Below, one piece after another: positions 45,595 through 54,159 of a stretch of 64,000 bases of DNA (position 1 is its first letter; each line of letters opens with the position of its first letter). The stretch spans positions 1,700 through 65,699 of the forward strand of contig JAEEYO010000013.1 in NCBI GenBank assembly GCA_016288205.1. Reading direction: 5' to 3'. Made by a program: the position numbers and the translations under genes. This stretch comes from Treponema sp. (GTDB taxonomy: Bacteria > Spirochaetota > Spirochaetia > Treponematales > Treponemataceae). The notes beneath the pieces are model-generated. The model was not told the origin of the DNA and made no database searches. It saw nothing but the letters and a program-made list of their open reading frames with translations.

Positions 45595-45739
45595 GTGGAA
45601 AGATGAAAGTGGAAAACGGAAAGTGGAAAACGGAAAGTGGAAAACGGAAAGTGGAAAACGGAAAGTGGAAAACGGAAAGTGGAAAGTGGAAAGTGGAAAG
45701 ATGAGAAGCGGGAAAATAGAATCTCACTTCTCACCTTCC
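45595..45739 (+). repeat. Purine-tract repeat, copy c: tandem array with terminal hairpin
   Basis: GTGGAAAGATGAAA, then 5 exact copies of GTGGAAAACGGAAA, then 3 copies of GTGGAAA(G), then TGAGAAG...CTTCTCA hairpin arms. It lies in the intergenic region between two minus-strand genes. Confidence 0.9.
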
Positions 45740-45748
45740 AATTGTCAA

Positions 45749-47365
45749 TTACATCTTTGACCTGGCAACGCGGAATCCGTTGTAGTCGTGGCGTGAGTCA
45801 GGGTCATTGAGTCCACGGCATGCATTGCGGCAGTTTCTTGACCAGCTTGAGTGTCCACCACCACGGAGAACTCTGTCATCATCGTAGTCACCGGAAGCTC
45901 CCGTCGGATTTGTCTGTGCGTAGCTTGAGTAATCTCCATGGATGTCCCAAACCCATTCCCAGACGTTTCCTGTCATGTCGTAGATTCCAAGCTCGTTCGG
46001 CTCTTTTTCACCAACATCATGCGTACTGTACGCGTTGTCATCATACCAAGCAACGGAATCAATATCGGAGCTTCCGCTGTACTTGTAGCCTCTTGAACGG
46101 TTTCCTCCACGTGCCGCATATTCCCATTCAGCCTCGGTCGGAAGACGATATCCGTTTGCGGATCTGTCCATGCGGATGTCACCGCGGATTGTATTTCCAC
46201 GGCAGGGTGTGTAGCTCCATGAAGAGGGATCCGTAACGCCGTCAATGGTGTAAACCGGAGCAAGACCTTCCATAATACTGAGCTTGTTGCAGAAAACAAG
46301 GATGTCGTACCAGCTAACATTCTCTACAGGACGCAAATCACCGTCATACTCGCTGGGTCTGTTTCCCATAACGCTTTCCCACTGCTCCTGGGTCACTTCC
46401 GTCGCACCCATGTAGAACGTGTCCAGTGTGACAGAATGGATCGGAACCTCATCATCATCTCCGTCCTCGTCTCCCATCCTGAATGTGCCGCCCTCAACGA
46501 GAATGAACTTCATCTTTGCCTTGAATTTCATTCCGACGACACGCACCGCATTAGCCTTTTGTGACTGCCCGAAAGCGACGAGCTCCACACCGTCAAGGCT
46601 CACGGGAATCACGTCCCTTCCGTTCACGAGATTGATTGCTTTAAGGACCACGGTGGACTTACCTGCATCGATGAGTCTCATGTTCTCGCGGCTCACGTTC
46701 GTTACGGACCATGAGTACATATAGCGGCTCTCGTCACTGATTGGATCGAAGCCCCACTTGAGCTCGGTCTCTGGAAGATTGAAAAGCAGCTTTCCCTTTG
46801 CGTTTACAAGCTTGGCGGAAACCGTGTACTTTCTGTCCTCGGGATTATTCTTGAGCGGAAGCCTGTCGCTTCTGTAGCCGGCCCAGTCCTCAGTCCATGC
46901 CGCACGCCATCCTGAATACACGACATTTTTCAGCTCCGCATATTTGTTTGAAAGACCCTTGGTGATTGAGGCAGAATAGCTCGCCGTCTTTGCAGCCATG
47001 TCAAGTCTTCCTTTCACGAAACCGTTGCTCTTAAAATAGTAGGGACAGTGCAGGTTCCAGAAATCATCGTACTCCTCCGCAATAGCCATCCAACCGTCGT
47101 AAATGTCAAACTCGTCCATCTCGCCATATCCTGGCTTTCCGCTTTTAAGGGTGTCGGCAAGTTTCTCGTAAGCCTCATAAGCACCCTCAGCCTTTTCGCT
47201 CGGCTCAGCTTCCATTGCATCATAGTAGGAAGAAAGCGCGTTCACCCACTTTCCCTGCTCCTCAAATGATTTTGCCTCCGCAAATTTTTTCTGATACGTC
47301 GCATTCTGTGCAAAAAGTCCCGCCGCCACAAACAGGACGGAAAGAAATGTCACAATTTTCTTCAT
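45749..47365 (-). CDS. Exported protein with C-terminal formylglycine-generating-enzyme (SUMF1/EgtB/PvdO, PF03781) domain
   Basis: Contains GGTFRMGDEDG, VSWYDILVFCNKLS, YRLPTEAEWEYAARGG, GNVWEWVWD and RVLRGGG. The start was set to ATG 47365 (MKKIVTFLSVLFVAAGLFAQ, with GGAGG upstream). Confidence 0.82.
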   Translation of the reverse strand: MKKIVTFLSVLFVAAGLFAQNATYQKKFAEAKSFEEQGKWVNALSSYYDAMEAEPSEKAEGAYEAYEKLADTLKSGKPGYGEMDEFDIYDGWMAIAEEYDDFWNLHCPYYFKSNGFVKGRLDMAAKTASYSASITKGLSNKYAELKNVVYSGWRAAWTEDWAGYRSDRLPLKNNPEDRKYTVSAKLVNAKGKLLFNLPETELKWGFDPISDESRYMYSWSVTNVSRENMRLIDAGKSTVVLKAINLVNGRDVIPVSLDGVELVAFGQSQKANAVRVVGMKFKAKMKFILVEGGTFRMGDEDGDDDEVPIHSVTLDTFYMGATEVTQEQWESVMGNRPSEYDGDLRPVENVSWYDILVFCNKLSIMEGLAPVYTIDGVTDPSSWSYTPCRGNTIRGDIRMDRSANGYRLPTEAEWEYAARGGNRSRGYKYSGSSDIDSVAWYDDNAYSTHDVGEKEPNELGIYDMTGNVWEWVWDIHGDYSSYAQTNPTGASGDYDDDRVLRGGGHSSWSRNCRNACRGLNDPDSRHDYNGFRVARSKM

Positions 47366-47501
47366 ATATACCTCCACTTTTTTATAAAAGAGCAAGTTTA
47401 AAAACCCTCAGACTTTTGAAACCTTCTCTAACCACAATCTGATTACATCATAATCAAGTATGTCCAATATGTCAATTATCAAAAAATTATTGGCTCCCCT
47501 C

Positions 47502-47530
47502 TTGACATAAAATCAAAAGTAACTGATAAT
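47502..47530 (+). promoter_or_regulatory. Sigma70 promoter of the alpha-galactosidase locus
   Basis: TTGACA, a 17-nt spacer, then GATAAT, about 60 nt upstream of the ATG at 47592. Confidence 0.6.
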
Positions 47531-47543
47531 GAGAATATCTAGA

Positions 47544-47560
47544 TGATAGTGTTACTATCA
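47544..47560 (+). promoter_or_regulatory. Palindromic operator candidate (TGATAG-N5-CTATCA), probably the site for the locus-encoded TetR
   Basis: Perfect 6-bp inverted arms sit 14 nt downstream of the -10. ACTGATAA direct repeats flank the palindrome at 47522-47529 and 47562-47569. Confidence 0.45.
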
Positions 47561-47591
47561 CACTGATAACGTCAATATAACGAGGTGGCCT

Positions 47592-49586
47592 ATGAGAATC
47601 CCAAATACGGCGGAATCAATGAGCGCGCGACCCGAAAGCGTGGAAGGATGCGGAAATTTCTTTGAATACTCATTTCGCTACAGTGGAAAAACTGAGGGCG
47701 ACGGACTTTCAAGAGAGGACAGGGAAAACCGCATTGTCAAAGAATTTTCCATTGACGAGCTGATAAAACTCGCCGTGCCTAAATCCGCACAGGACAAATG
47801 CAGGGCCGAAGATTTTTTCTTCTACGGCTCAGGCTGGCAGTCATGGGGATTCGGTGGAGAAATCGAGCCGGGCAAATATCTGAAAAAATACATCCCTCTC
47901 ATTCCTCAGTGGAAGCATTACATCACTTTTCCGGGAAAGGCTCCGGATTCTGTATTTGACAAAAAAACCTCATCCGAAAAAATCCTCCGCGGCCAGTTCG
48001 TAATTTACCTCAGATGGGAAAACACCTACCTCGTGCTCGCCTCAACCGGAACATGCACGGAACTCGAAAACGGAAGCGTCCCCCCGGTGCAATTTTATGT
48101 GGACAGGGAATCAAGACGGATTGCGGTAAGCACATACTCGGACGGAAAGCGTTGGAAAGGCGGAGAATTGATTGCACAAATCTGTGTGTTCAGCGCGGAC
48201 TCATTTTTCGGTCTCAAAAATGGAATACAAAATCTTTTCGGCGACAGTTCCAGCGCAAGATTCGACTACCTGAATTTCCTCAGCAGCAGCACGGACGAAA
48301 TCAAAAGCGCGGGATGGGAATCCTGGTACAATCATTATGCGGACATAGACGAAAAATCCATCATGCGAGATTTGGACGAGCTTGGAAAAGGCGACAACAT
48401 AATCAGCGTGGAATACTCGCGGAGAGACAGGCCTGTTGTTTTCCAGGTTGACGACGGATGGGAAAAAGGACTCGGAGACTGGGAGGCAAACCTTGACCGC
48501 TTTCCCTCCGGCATGGAAAATCTCGCGGATGCAATCTCCAAAAAAGGATATATTCCCGGACTCTGGATTGCACCTTTCATTGTGGACCTCAGAAGCGACT
48601 TCGCAAAAAAACACCGCGACTGGATTTTACGAGGGGAAAACGGAAGCCTGATTCCCGCAGGAATGAATCCGCTCTGGGGAAAATTCCAGCTGATAAATCC
48701 CTACTCCTTTTACTGTCTTGACCTGAGCCGTGACGACGTCCTTGAGTATCTGGATGATTTAATGGAAAAGATAATCAACCGCTGGGGATTCCGCTACATC
48801 AAGCTGGATTTCATGTACGCCGGAATGATTCACGGAAAATTCGCGAACGGAGGAGCAGCCTTCATCTGGTACGAGAGGGCCATAAAAAAACTCACCAAGC
48901 GATGGGTCAACGTGCGGGGCGACAGGGTTGCTTACCTCGGTTGTGGTGTTCCGCTTGAGCCGTCTTACAAAACCTTTCCGCTCTCAAGAATCGGGCCGGA
49001 CACAAAAGAAGACTGGGACGTAAAGCTGATGCGTCGAATCCGATTCCCGGCAAGGACCGGTGCAAAGCCGAATCTCCAGAGCACACTCGGACACGCTTTC
49101 TGGGATCAGGGAATTTTCATCAACGACCCCGACGTAATTTTCATGCGCTTCAACAACATCAGTTTGGACGACGAGGAAAAGGAACTGATTGCGCTCGTGA
49201 ACCGACTTTTCGCAAGCCAGATTATGTACTCCGACAGTCCCGCCGACGCAGGAAGTGCCGAAGCTGATTTTACATCGCAGGTTCTCGGACTCTACTCTAT
49301 TTTTGAAGGAGAGGAATTCGGTCTTGTGAATTGCAGCAGCGAGACCTACCTGATTTTCAGCCGCAGCGGAAAATATTGCGGAATGATAAATCTGAGCGAA
49401 AAACCATTCACAAAATATATGGATGAAATTCTTGCACAGACCTTCGCCGCAACAGGACGCAAACCCGAAAGCGACAACCTGATTTTAAAACCCGTGGTTG
49501 ACAGATGCGTGGTCGCAGGAGATTTGTACACCGCAAGAAAACACACAATCTCAATTTTTGAAATTCAAGCAGAGGAAGGAGAATGA
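47592..49586 (+). CDS. GH36 alpha-galactosidase (Thermotoga GalA-like subgroup)
   Basis: GWESWYNHY, FQVDDGWEKGLGDWEAN...FPSGM, GLWIAPF, the nucleophile context YIKLDFMY, and RIGPD. A GAGGTGG RBS is present. Confidence 0.8.
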   Translation: MRIPNTAESMSARPESVEGCGNFFEYSFRYSGKTEGDGLSREDRENRIVKEFSIDELIKLAVPKSAQDKCRAEDFFFYGSGWQSWGFGGEIEPGKYLKKYIPLIPQWKHYITFPGKAPDSVFDKKTSSEKILRGQFVIYLRWENTYLVLASTGTCTELENGSVPPVQFYVDRESRRIAVSTYSDGKRWKGGELIAQICVFSADSFFGLKNGIQNLFGDSSSARFDYLNFLSSSTDEIKSAGWESWYNHYADIDEKSIMRDLDELGKGDNIISVEYSRRDRPVVFQVDDGWEKGLGDWEANLDRFPSGMENLADAISKKGYIPGLWIAPFIVDLRSDFAKKHRDWILRGENGSLIPAGMNPLWGKFQLINPYSFYCLDLSRDDVLEYLDDLMEKIINRWGFRYIKLDFMYAGMIHGKFANGGAAFIWYERAIKKLTKRWVNVRGDRVAYLGCGVPLEPSYKTFPLSRIGPDTKEDWDVKLMRRIRFPARTGAKPNLQSTLGHAFWDQGIFINDPDVIFMRFNNISLDDEEKELIALVNRLFASQIMYSDSPADAGSAEADFTSQVLGLYSIFEGEEFGLVNCSSETYLIFSRSGKYCGMINLSEKPFTKYMDEILAQTFAATGRKPESDNLILKPVVDRCVVAGDLYTARKHTISIFEIQAEEGE

Positions 49587-49588
49587 TT

Positions 49589-51103
49589 ATGGAAGACAAA
49601 AGCTCAGTGATTTTTGGAAATGCCATTCCGGCAAGCGTCGTGAAAAAGGCGGAGAAAGCACAGAAAAAATACATCAAAAAATTCGGGGACGACAGAAACA
49701 AAGCCTATCATCTTTCGGCGGATGACAACGAGGTTCTCAGTCCGTGCATGGGCGTAAAAGTATTTCATCTCTCGGACAAAGCTCTCGCATCGCTTCCCGA
49801 AAAACCTCTCATCATCGGAAACATCCGCATGGGATTCGGACACTACCGCATCTCAATGGCCATGGCATCCTGTGCACGTGCAATGGGATTCACACCGCTC
49901 TGGCTTGACCTGAACTCATTCCCGGAGACCACTTGCACAAAAATAATCGGAGCGCAAAATGATTTGTATTCCAAGGCATCTCGCATCTCGCAAAAATCAA
50001 AGCTCTTCAATAAATTTGTGTGGGAGCCGCTGAACTACACGGGATTCAAAAAACTCACCTACAACTGCGGCGATCAAAAAAACGCGGAGCTGATGGTTCC
50101 TCTTTTTACCGACCTTCCAAAAGACACGCCGTACATCGCGACTCACGTGTGGCCGTCCCAGGCTGCGATCCATGCAGGAATGACTCACGTTGTAAATGCA
50201 ATTCCCGACAACTGGCCCATGGCGCTTCATCTTTCCGAGGGAGCGCTTCACACTGTGCAGACACCCAACGCATATTTCGGTTACAGGACACTCTCTGGAT
50301 TCGATGAAAAGAAAGTTTTAAATCCAATGGGAAAAGACGACATTGTTTTCACTGGGCACTACATCGATCACGAGATGGTCGTGAATGCGGAAAAAGATTG
50401 CGAGGCGAGAATCAAAAGGATGAAAAACGGAAAGCCCGTGAGATTCCTTCTTTCCATAGGAGGAGCCGGAGCGCAGGGAGACTATTTTGCAGGATTGATC
50501 CGCACATTGATTCCGTACATCAAAGAGAAAAAAGCGGTGCTCTATCTGAACGTGGGAGATTACGAAAAGGTCTGGGAAATGTTCCGCGAAAAAATCCCGG
50601 GAATAGAAAATCTTTCGGTGACACATTTCAACGACTGGAACGCGACAAAAAAATTCTGCAGCGATGCCATGAACGATTCTGAATGTACAAGCGATGTCTC
50701 AAACGGAATCCATGTCTTCTGCCACAAGGATATTTTCGCCGCCGTCTATGCGACAAATCTCCTGATCCGTGCGTCCGACATTCTGATGACGAAACCCTCG
50801 GAGCTTGCGTTCTACCCGGTTCCAAAACTGATGATACAGCACGTGGGCGGACATGAAAAATGGGGAGCAATCAGGGCTGCGGAAGTCGGTGACGGTACCC
50901 CCGAGTGTCCGAATCTGGAGCATGCACAGAGCATGATTCGACAATTCATTGAGTTCCCGGAGCTTGTGGTCCAAATGTGCGATGCAATCATTGCGGCAAA
51001 AAAGGCCGGAATCTACAACGGTGCGTATCATGCTGTGGAGCTTGCGGCGGGACTTACCGGGGTGGACGGGAACGGCTCGGAGTATGCTTATGCAGGCCGC
51101 TGA
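49589..51103 (+). CDS. Putative GT-B glycosyltransferase (MGDG-synthase/GT28-like)
   Basis: The N-terminal IIGNIRMGFGHYRISMAMA resembles the G-x-GH motif. LLSIGGAGAQ and MTKPSELAFYPVPKLM...GHEKWGA resemble the C-terminal nucleotide-sugar domain. The start could be 49583 or 49589; 49589 has better GGAG spacing. Confidence 0.4.
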   Translation: MEDKSSVIFGNAIPASVVKKAEKAQKKYIKKFGDDRNKAYHLSADDNEVLSPCMGVKVFHLSDKALASLPEKPLIIGNIRMGFGHYRISMAMASCARAMGFTPLWLDLNSFPETTCTKIIGAQNDLYSKASRISQKSKLFNKFVWEPLNYTGFKKLTYNCGDQKNAELMVPLFTDLPKDTPYIATHVWPSQAAIHAGMTHVVNAIPDNWPMALHLSEGALHTVQTPNAYFGYRTLSGFDEKKVLNPMGKDDIVFTGHYIDHEMVVNAEKDCEARIKRMKNGKPVRFLLSIGGAGAQGDYFAGLIRTLIPYIKEKKAVLYLNVGDYEKVWEMFREKIPGIENLSVTHFNDWNATKKFCSDAMNDSECTSDVSNGIHVFCHKDIFAAVYATNLLIRASDILMTKPSELAFYPVPKLMIQHVGGHEKWGAIRAAEVGDGTPECPNLEHAQSMIRQFIEFPELVVQMCDAIIAAKKAGIYNGAYHAVELAAGLTGVDGNGSEYAYAGR

Positions 51104-51770
51104 ACGAAGAAGGATCGAGCAGGAAAATCTGAAGGCGGAGAGAATCCGGCATATCGTTGAGTGCACCTTCGGTCTCTTTGCCGAAAAAGGGATTGAAGGA
51201 ATCAGCATGAACGAAATTGCGGAGGAGGCTGAGATCGGAGTCGCATCCCTTTACAGATATTTTTCCTGCAAGGAGGATTTGGTCATTGAGGCGGCACTCT
51301 ATGCGTGGGAAATGGAGAAGGAAATTTTCAGCAAGGCATTTTCCTCAGGCAGCGATGAGTCGAGCGGCTACACCCAGCTTGAGGCAATCCTCCAGATTTT
51401 TCCTGAGGCACTTCTTTCGCAGGGTCCCTTTTTCCGCTTCGTGTATTATTTCGACGCATACATAAAGCGTGAGAATGTCGGTGCGGATCATCTCTCAAAA
51501 TATGAGAATACCATCGCGGGACTCAAGGAGATTGTGGTCGCTGCAATCAGCAAAGGAAGAAAGGACGGCTCCATTTCGTTCGGAGGAAAAAAAGATTCGG
51601 AGCTTGCCTTGTCGAGTGATGACGAGATTTATTTTACGGTTATGCATTCACTTTTCAGTCTTGCACAAAAGCTTTCTCTGTCCGGGGAAATGCTGAACAT
51701 GAATCTGGAAGTGAGGCCCGAAAAACAAATGTCCCTAGCAATCACTTTTTTTCTGAACGCAATTAAATGA
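51090..51770 (+). CDS. TetR/AcrR-family transcriptional regulator
   Basis: Helix-turn-helix region FGLFAEKGIEGISMNEIAEEAEIGVASLYRYFSCKEDLV. The start (51084 or 51090) overlaps the end of the upstream gene. Confidence 0.85.
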   Translation: MQAAERRRIEQENLKAERIRHIVECTFGLFAEKGIEGISMNEIAEEAEIGVASLYRYFSCKEDLVIEAALYAWEMEKEIFSKAFSSGSDESSGYTQLEAILQIFPEALLSQGPFFRFVYYFDAYIKRENVGADHLSKYENTIAGLKEIVVAAISKGRKDGSISFGGKKDSELALSSDDEIYFTVMHSLFSLAQKLSLSGEMLNMNLEVRPEKQMSLAITFFLNAIK

Positions 51771-51813
51771 TTAATATGGAAACCATGCAACCATAAATCT
51801 TAAGGAGGATTTT

Positions 51814-53214
51814 ATGAAGACATTGAGCAAAGGAAAGATCTGGCTTTTCGCCGTGGGTCAGTTCGGATGGGCGCTTCTTTCAGGACTGATTGGAAGCTGG
51901 CTTGTTAGTTTTTACTTACCAAGTGCGGAGGCAATCAGCTCGGGACAAAAGATTTTCATTCCGCAGGGAACGGTCATTCTGGGATTCCTTACCGTAATCG
52001 GTGGCATCACTGCTCTGGGACGCATTTTCGACGCAATCACGGATCCGCTCATCGCTTCTCTTTCCGACAAATGTAAATCAAAAAAAGGACGGCGCATTCC
52101 CTTTATGAAATGGGCTGCACTTCCTCTCGCTCTCACTACCCTGCTTGTCTTCTGCGCACCATTTGACGGAGGAGCAAAATCAGGATCGGTCCTCAACTCA
52201 ATCTGGGTTTGTCTTACCGTGCTCATGTATTATTTTTTCATCACAATGTACTGCACTCCATACACGGCACTTTATTCTGAAATCACACACAGCGAAAAAG
52301 AAAGAATGCTCGCATCATCCGCCATCTCGCTGACATTCATACTTGGTACGGGCATTGGATATTTGGGACCGGTAATCTGGGGATCGCTCACACCGGTTTT
52401 GGGAGACCGTGTTCTTGCAATCCGCGTGACATTCGCAATCTTCGCGGTGGTGGCATTGCTGTGCATGTATGTTCCGGTTCTCGCAATCAACGAAAAAGAT
52501 TATGTGGACACGGCACCAAGCCACACGTCAATGTTCAAGTCGCTCAAGATGACTTTCAAGAACAAATCATTCCGCGTCTTTGTCGGCTCCGATATTTTTT
52601 ACTGGCTCGGACTCACAATGTTCCAGACGGGAATCCCATATTTTGTCACTTCACTGATCGGACTTCCCGAGGCGTTCCAGTCAATGTTCCTTGTGCTGAT
52701 GACGGTTCTTTCCTTGGTCTTCTATCCCGGAATCAACTCGGTCACGGCAAAGGTCGGAAAAAAGAAAATGGTGATTTTTGCATTCGCCATGTTCACAGCA
52801 GTCTTTGCATTCACGGCGTTCACAGGATTCGGAAAAGACGGAAATCTGATTAACACACCCTTCGGACCTGCCACGGCAATGCAGCTTTTCCAAGGCATCC
52901 TGATGATTGTGTGCGGCTCACTTCCAATGGCAATCTTCGGAATCCTTCCTCAGGCAATGGTCGCTGATTGTGCGGAGTATGACCAGAAACAGACCGGTGA
53001 AAGCAGACAGGGAATGTTCTTCGCGGCACGCACATTCTGCTTTAAGTTGGGTCAGGCACTCGCGATGGTCCTGTTCACTTCCCTTGCCACACTCGGCAGC
53101 GGTGGATTCGGTTACAGAGTCGCGGCAATCACTGCGGCGGTTCTCTGTGCGATCGGTGGAATCATCCTTGTGTTCTATAATGAAAAATTGATTCTGGGGA
53201 AGACAAGCGAGTGA
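51814..53214 (+). CDS. Glycoside-pentoside-hexuronide (GPH):cation symporter family transporter
   Basis: 466 aa with about 12 TM helices. The signature loop is DAITDPLIASLSDKCKSKKGRRIPFM. Confidence 0.85.
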   Translation: MKTLSKGKIWLFAVGQFGWALLSGLIGSWLVSFYLPSAEAISSGQKIFIPQGTVILGFLTVIGGITALGRIFDAITDPLIASLSDKCKSKKGRRIPFMKWAALPLALTTLLVFCAPFDGGAKSGSVLNSIWVCLTVLMYYFFITMYCTPYTALYSEITHSEKERMLASSAISLTFILGTGIGYLGPVIWGSLTPVLGDRVLAIRVTFAIFAVVALLCMYVPVLAINEKDYVDTAPSHTSMFKSLKMTFKNKSFRVFVGSDIFYWLGLTMFQTGIPYFVTSLIGLPEAFQSMFLVLMTVLSLVFYPGINSVTAKVGKKKMVIFAFAMFTAVFAFTAFTGFGKDGNLINTPFGPATAMQLFQGILMIVCGSLPMAIFGILPQAMVADCAEYDQKQTGESRQGMFFAARTFCFKLGQALAMVLFTSLATLGSGGFGYRVAAITAAVLCAIGGIILVFYNEKLILGKTSE

Positions 53215-53216
53215 TA

Positions 53217-53261
53217 GTTGAAGGATGAGAAATGATAGGTGGAAGGAAAAATTCTTTCCAC
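53217..53261. repeat. Purine-tract repeat, copy f, forming a compact hairpin between convergent genes
   Basis: GTTGAAGGATGAGAAATGATAG, then GTGGAAGGAA-AAA-TTCTTTCCAC (a 10-bp stem with one G-U pair). It fills the gap between the GPH stop and the EamA stop. Confidence 0.75.
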
Positions 53262-54149
53262 TTATCGCTCTCTCTTCTCTTTTCGCCCATTGTAAATAAA
53301 TACCAAAACTGCAATGCCAATGATCAGTGCATATCCCAAAATGCTCAGCAAATCCGGGATCTGACGGAAAGCAATGAAACCGAGGATGGCGCTGAAAATC
53401 ACCATGAAATATTCGTAGATGCTCACCTTGGAAGCAGGTGCGTTGAAGTATGCCCCGGTAATTCCGAACTGACCGCCGCTCGCTGAAAGTCCAGCCAAAA
53501 TAAGAAATAGAAATTGCTTCAAAGACATGGGACTCCAGAACACAATCATAAGCGGAAGACAGAGCAAACATGAGAACACGGAGAAAAACAAAATGATTAT
53601 GCTGCCGTGCACTTTATAGACATGACACTTTCTTACAAAAGAATACGCGAATCCCGCACCCGCACCGCCAAGAAATCCTGCGAGGCCAGGAAGAACCTTG
53701 GTAAAATCAAATGACGGCTTCATCACAAGGAGCGCACCGGTAAACGCACCGCACAAAGAAAGGATTGAGACAGTGCCCGGTTTCTCTCCAAGGAAAATGA
53801 AGCTTCCCAGAATTGAAAAAAACGGAGACATCTTGTTGAGCATGGAAGCATCCGAAATGGGGATATGGTCCAGCGCATAAAAATTCCCGAAGATTCCCAC
53901 GGTTCCGCACAGCGCACGCAGAAGGATAAATTTAAATGCAGGCCTCTCCACTTTCATCGCATCAGGATTTTTTCTCCACTCACGCAATGCGATTACAAAA
54001 GCAAAGAGAGCCGCAATCAGATTCCTGAAAAATGCTTTCTCAAAAAATGGCAAATCACCGGCAGCATGTACGAACATCCCCATGAGCGCAAAGCAAAATG
54101 ATGAGAATATCGCAAAAAAAATTGCCCTCGCAAGATTATTTTTTGTCAT
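53262..54149 (-). CDS. EamA/DMT-family transporter
   Basis: 295 aa with about 10 TM helices and the duplicated EamA architecture. Confidence 0.8.
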   Translation of the reverse strand: MTKNNLARAIFFAIFSSFCFALMGMFVHAAGDLPFFEKAFFRNLIAALFAFVIALREWRKNPDAMKVERPAFKFILLRALCGTVGIFGNFYALDHIPISDASMLNKMSPFFSILGSFIFLGEKPGTVSILSLCGAFTGALLVMKPSFDFTKVLPGLAGFLGGAGAGFAYSFVRKCHVYKVHGSIIILFFSVFSCLLCLPLMIVFWSPMSLKQFLFLILAGLSASGGQFGITGAYFNAPASKVSIYEYFMVIFSAILGFIAFRQIPDLLSILGYALIIGIAVLVFIYNGRKEKRER

Positions 54150-54159
54150 CGCAGGGAGC

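Noticed and set aside
45609-45700. Possible CRISPR array because of regularly spaced short repeats
   Set aside because: The units are 14 and 7 bp long and directly abut each other with no unique spacers. No cas genes are present in the window. This is a simple tandem repeat, not a CRISPR array.
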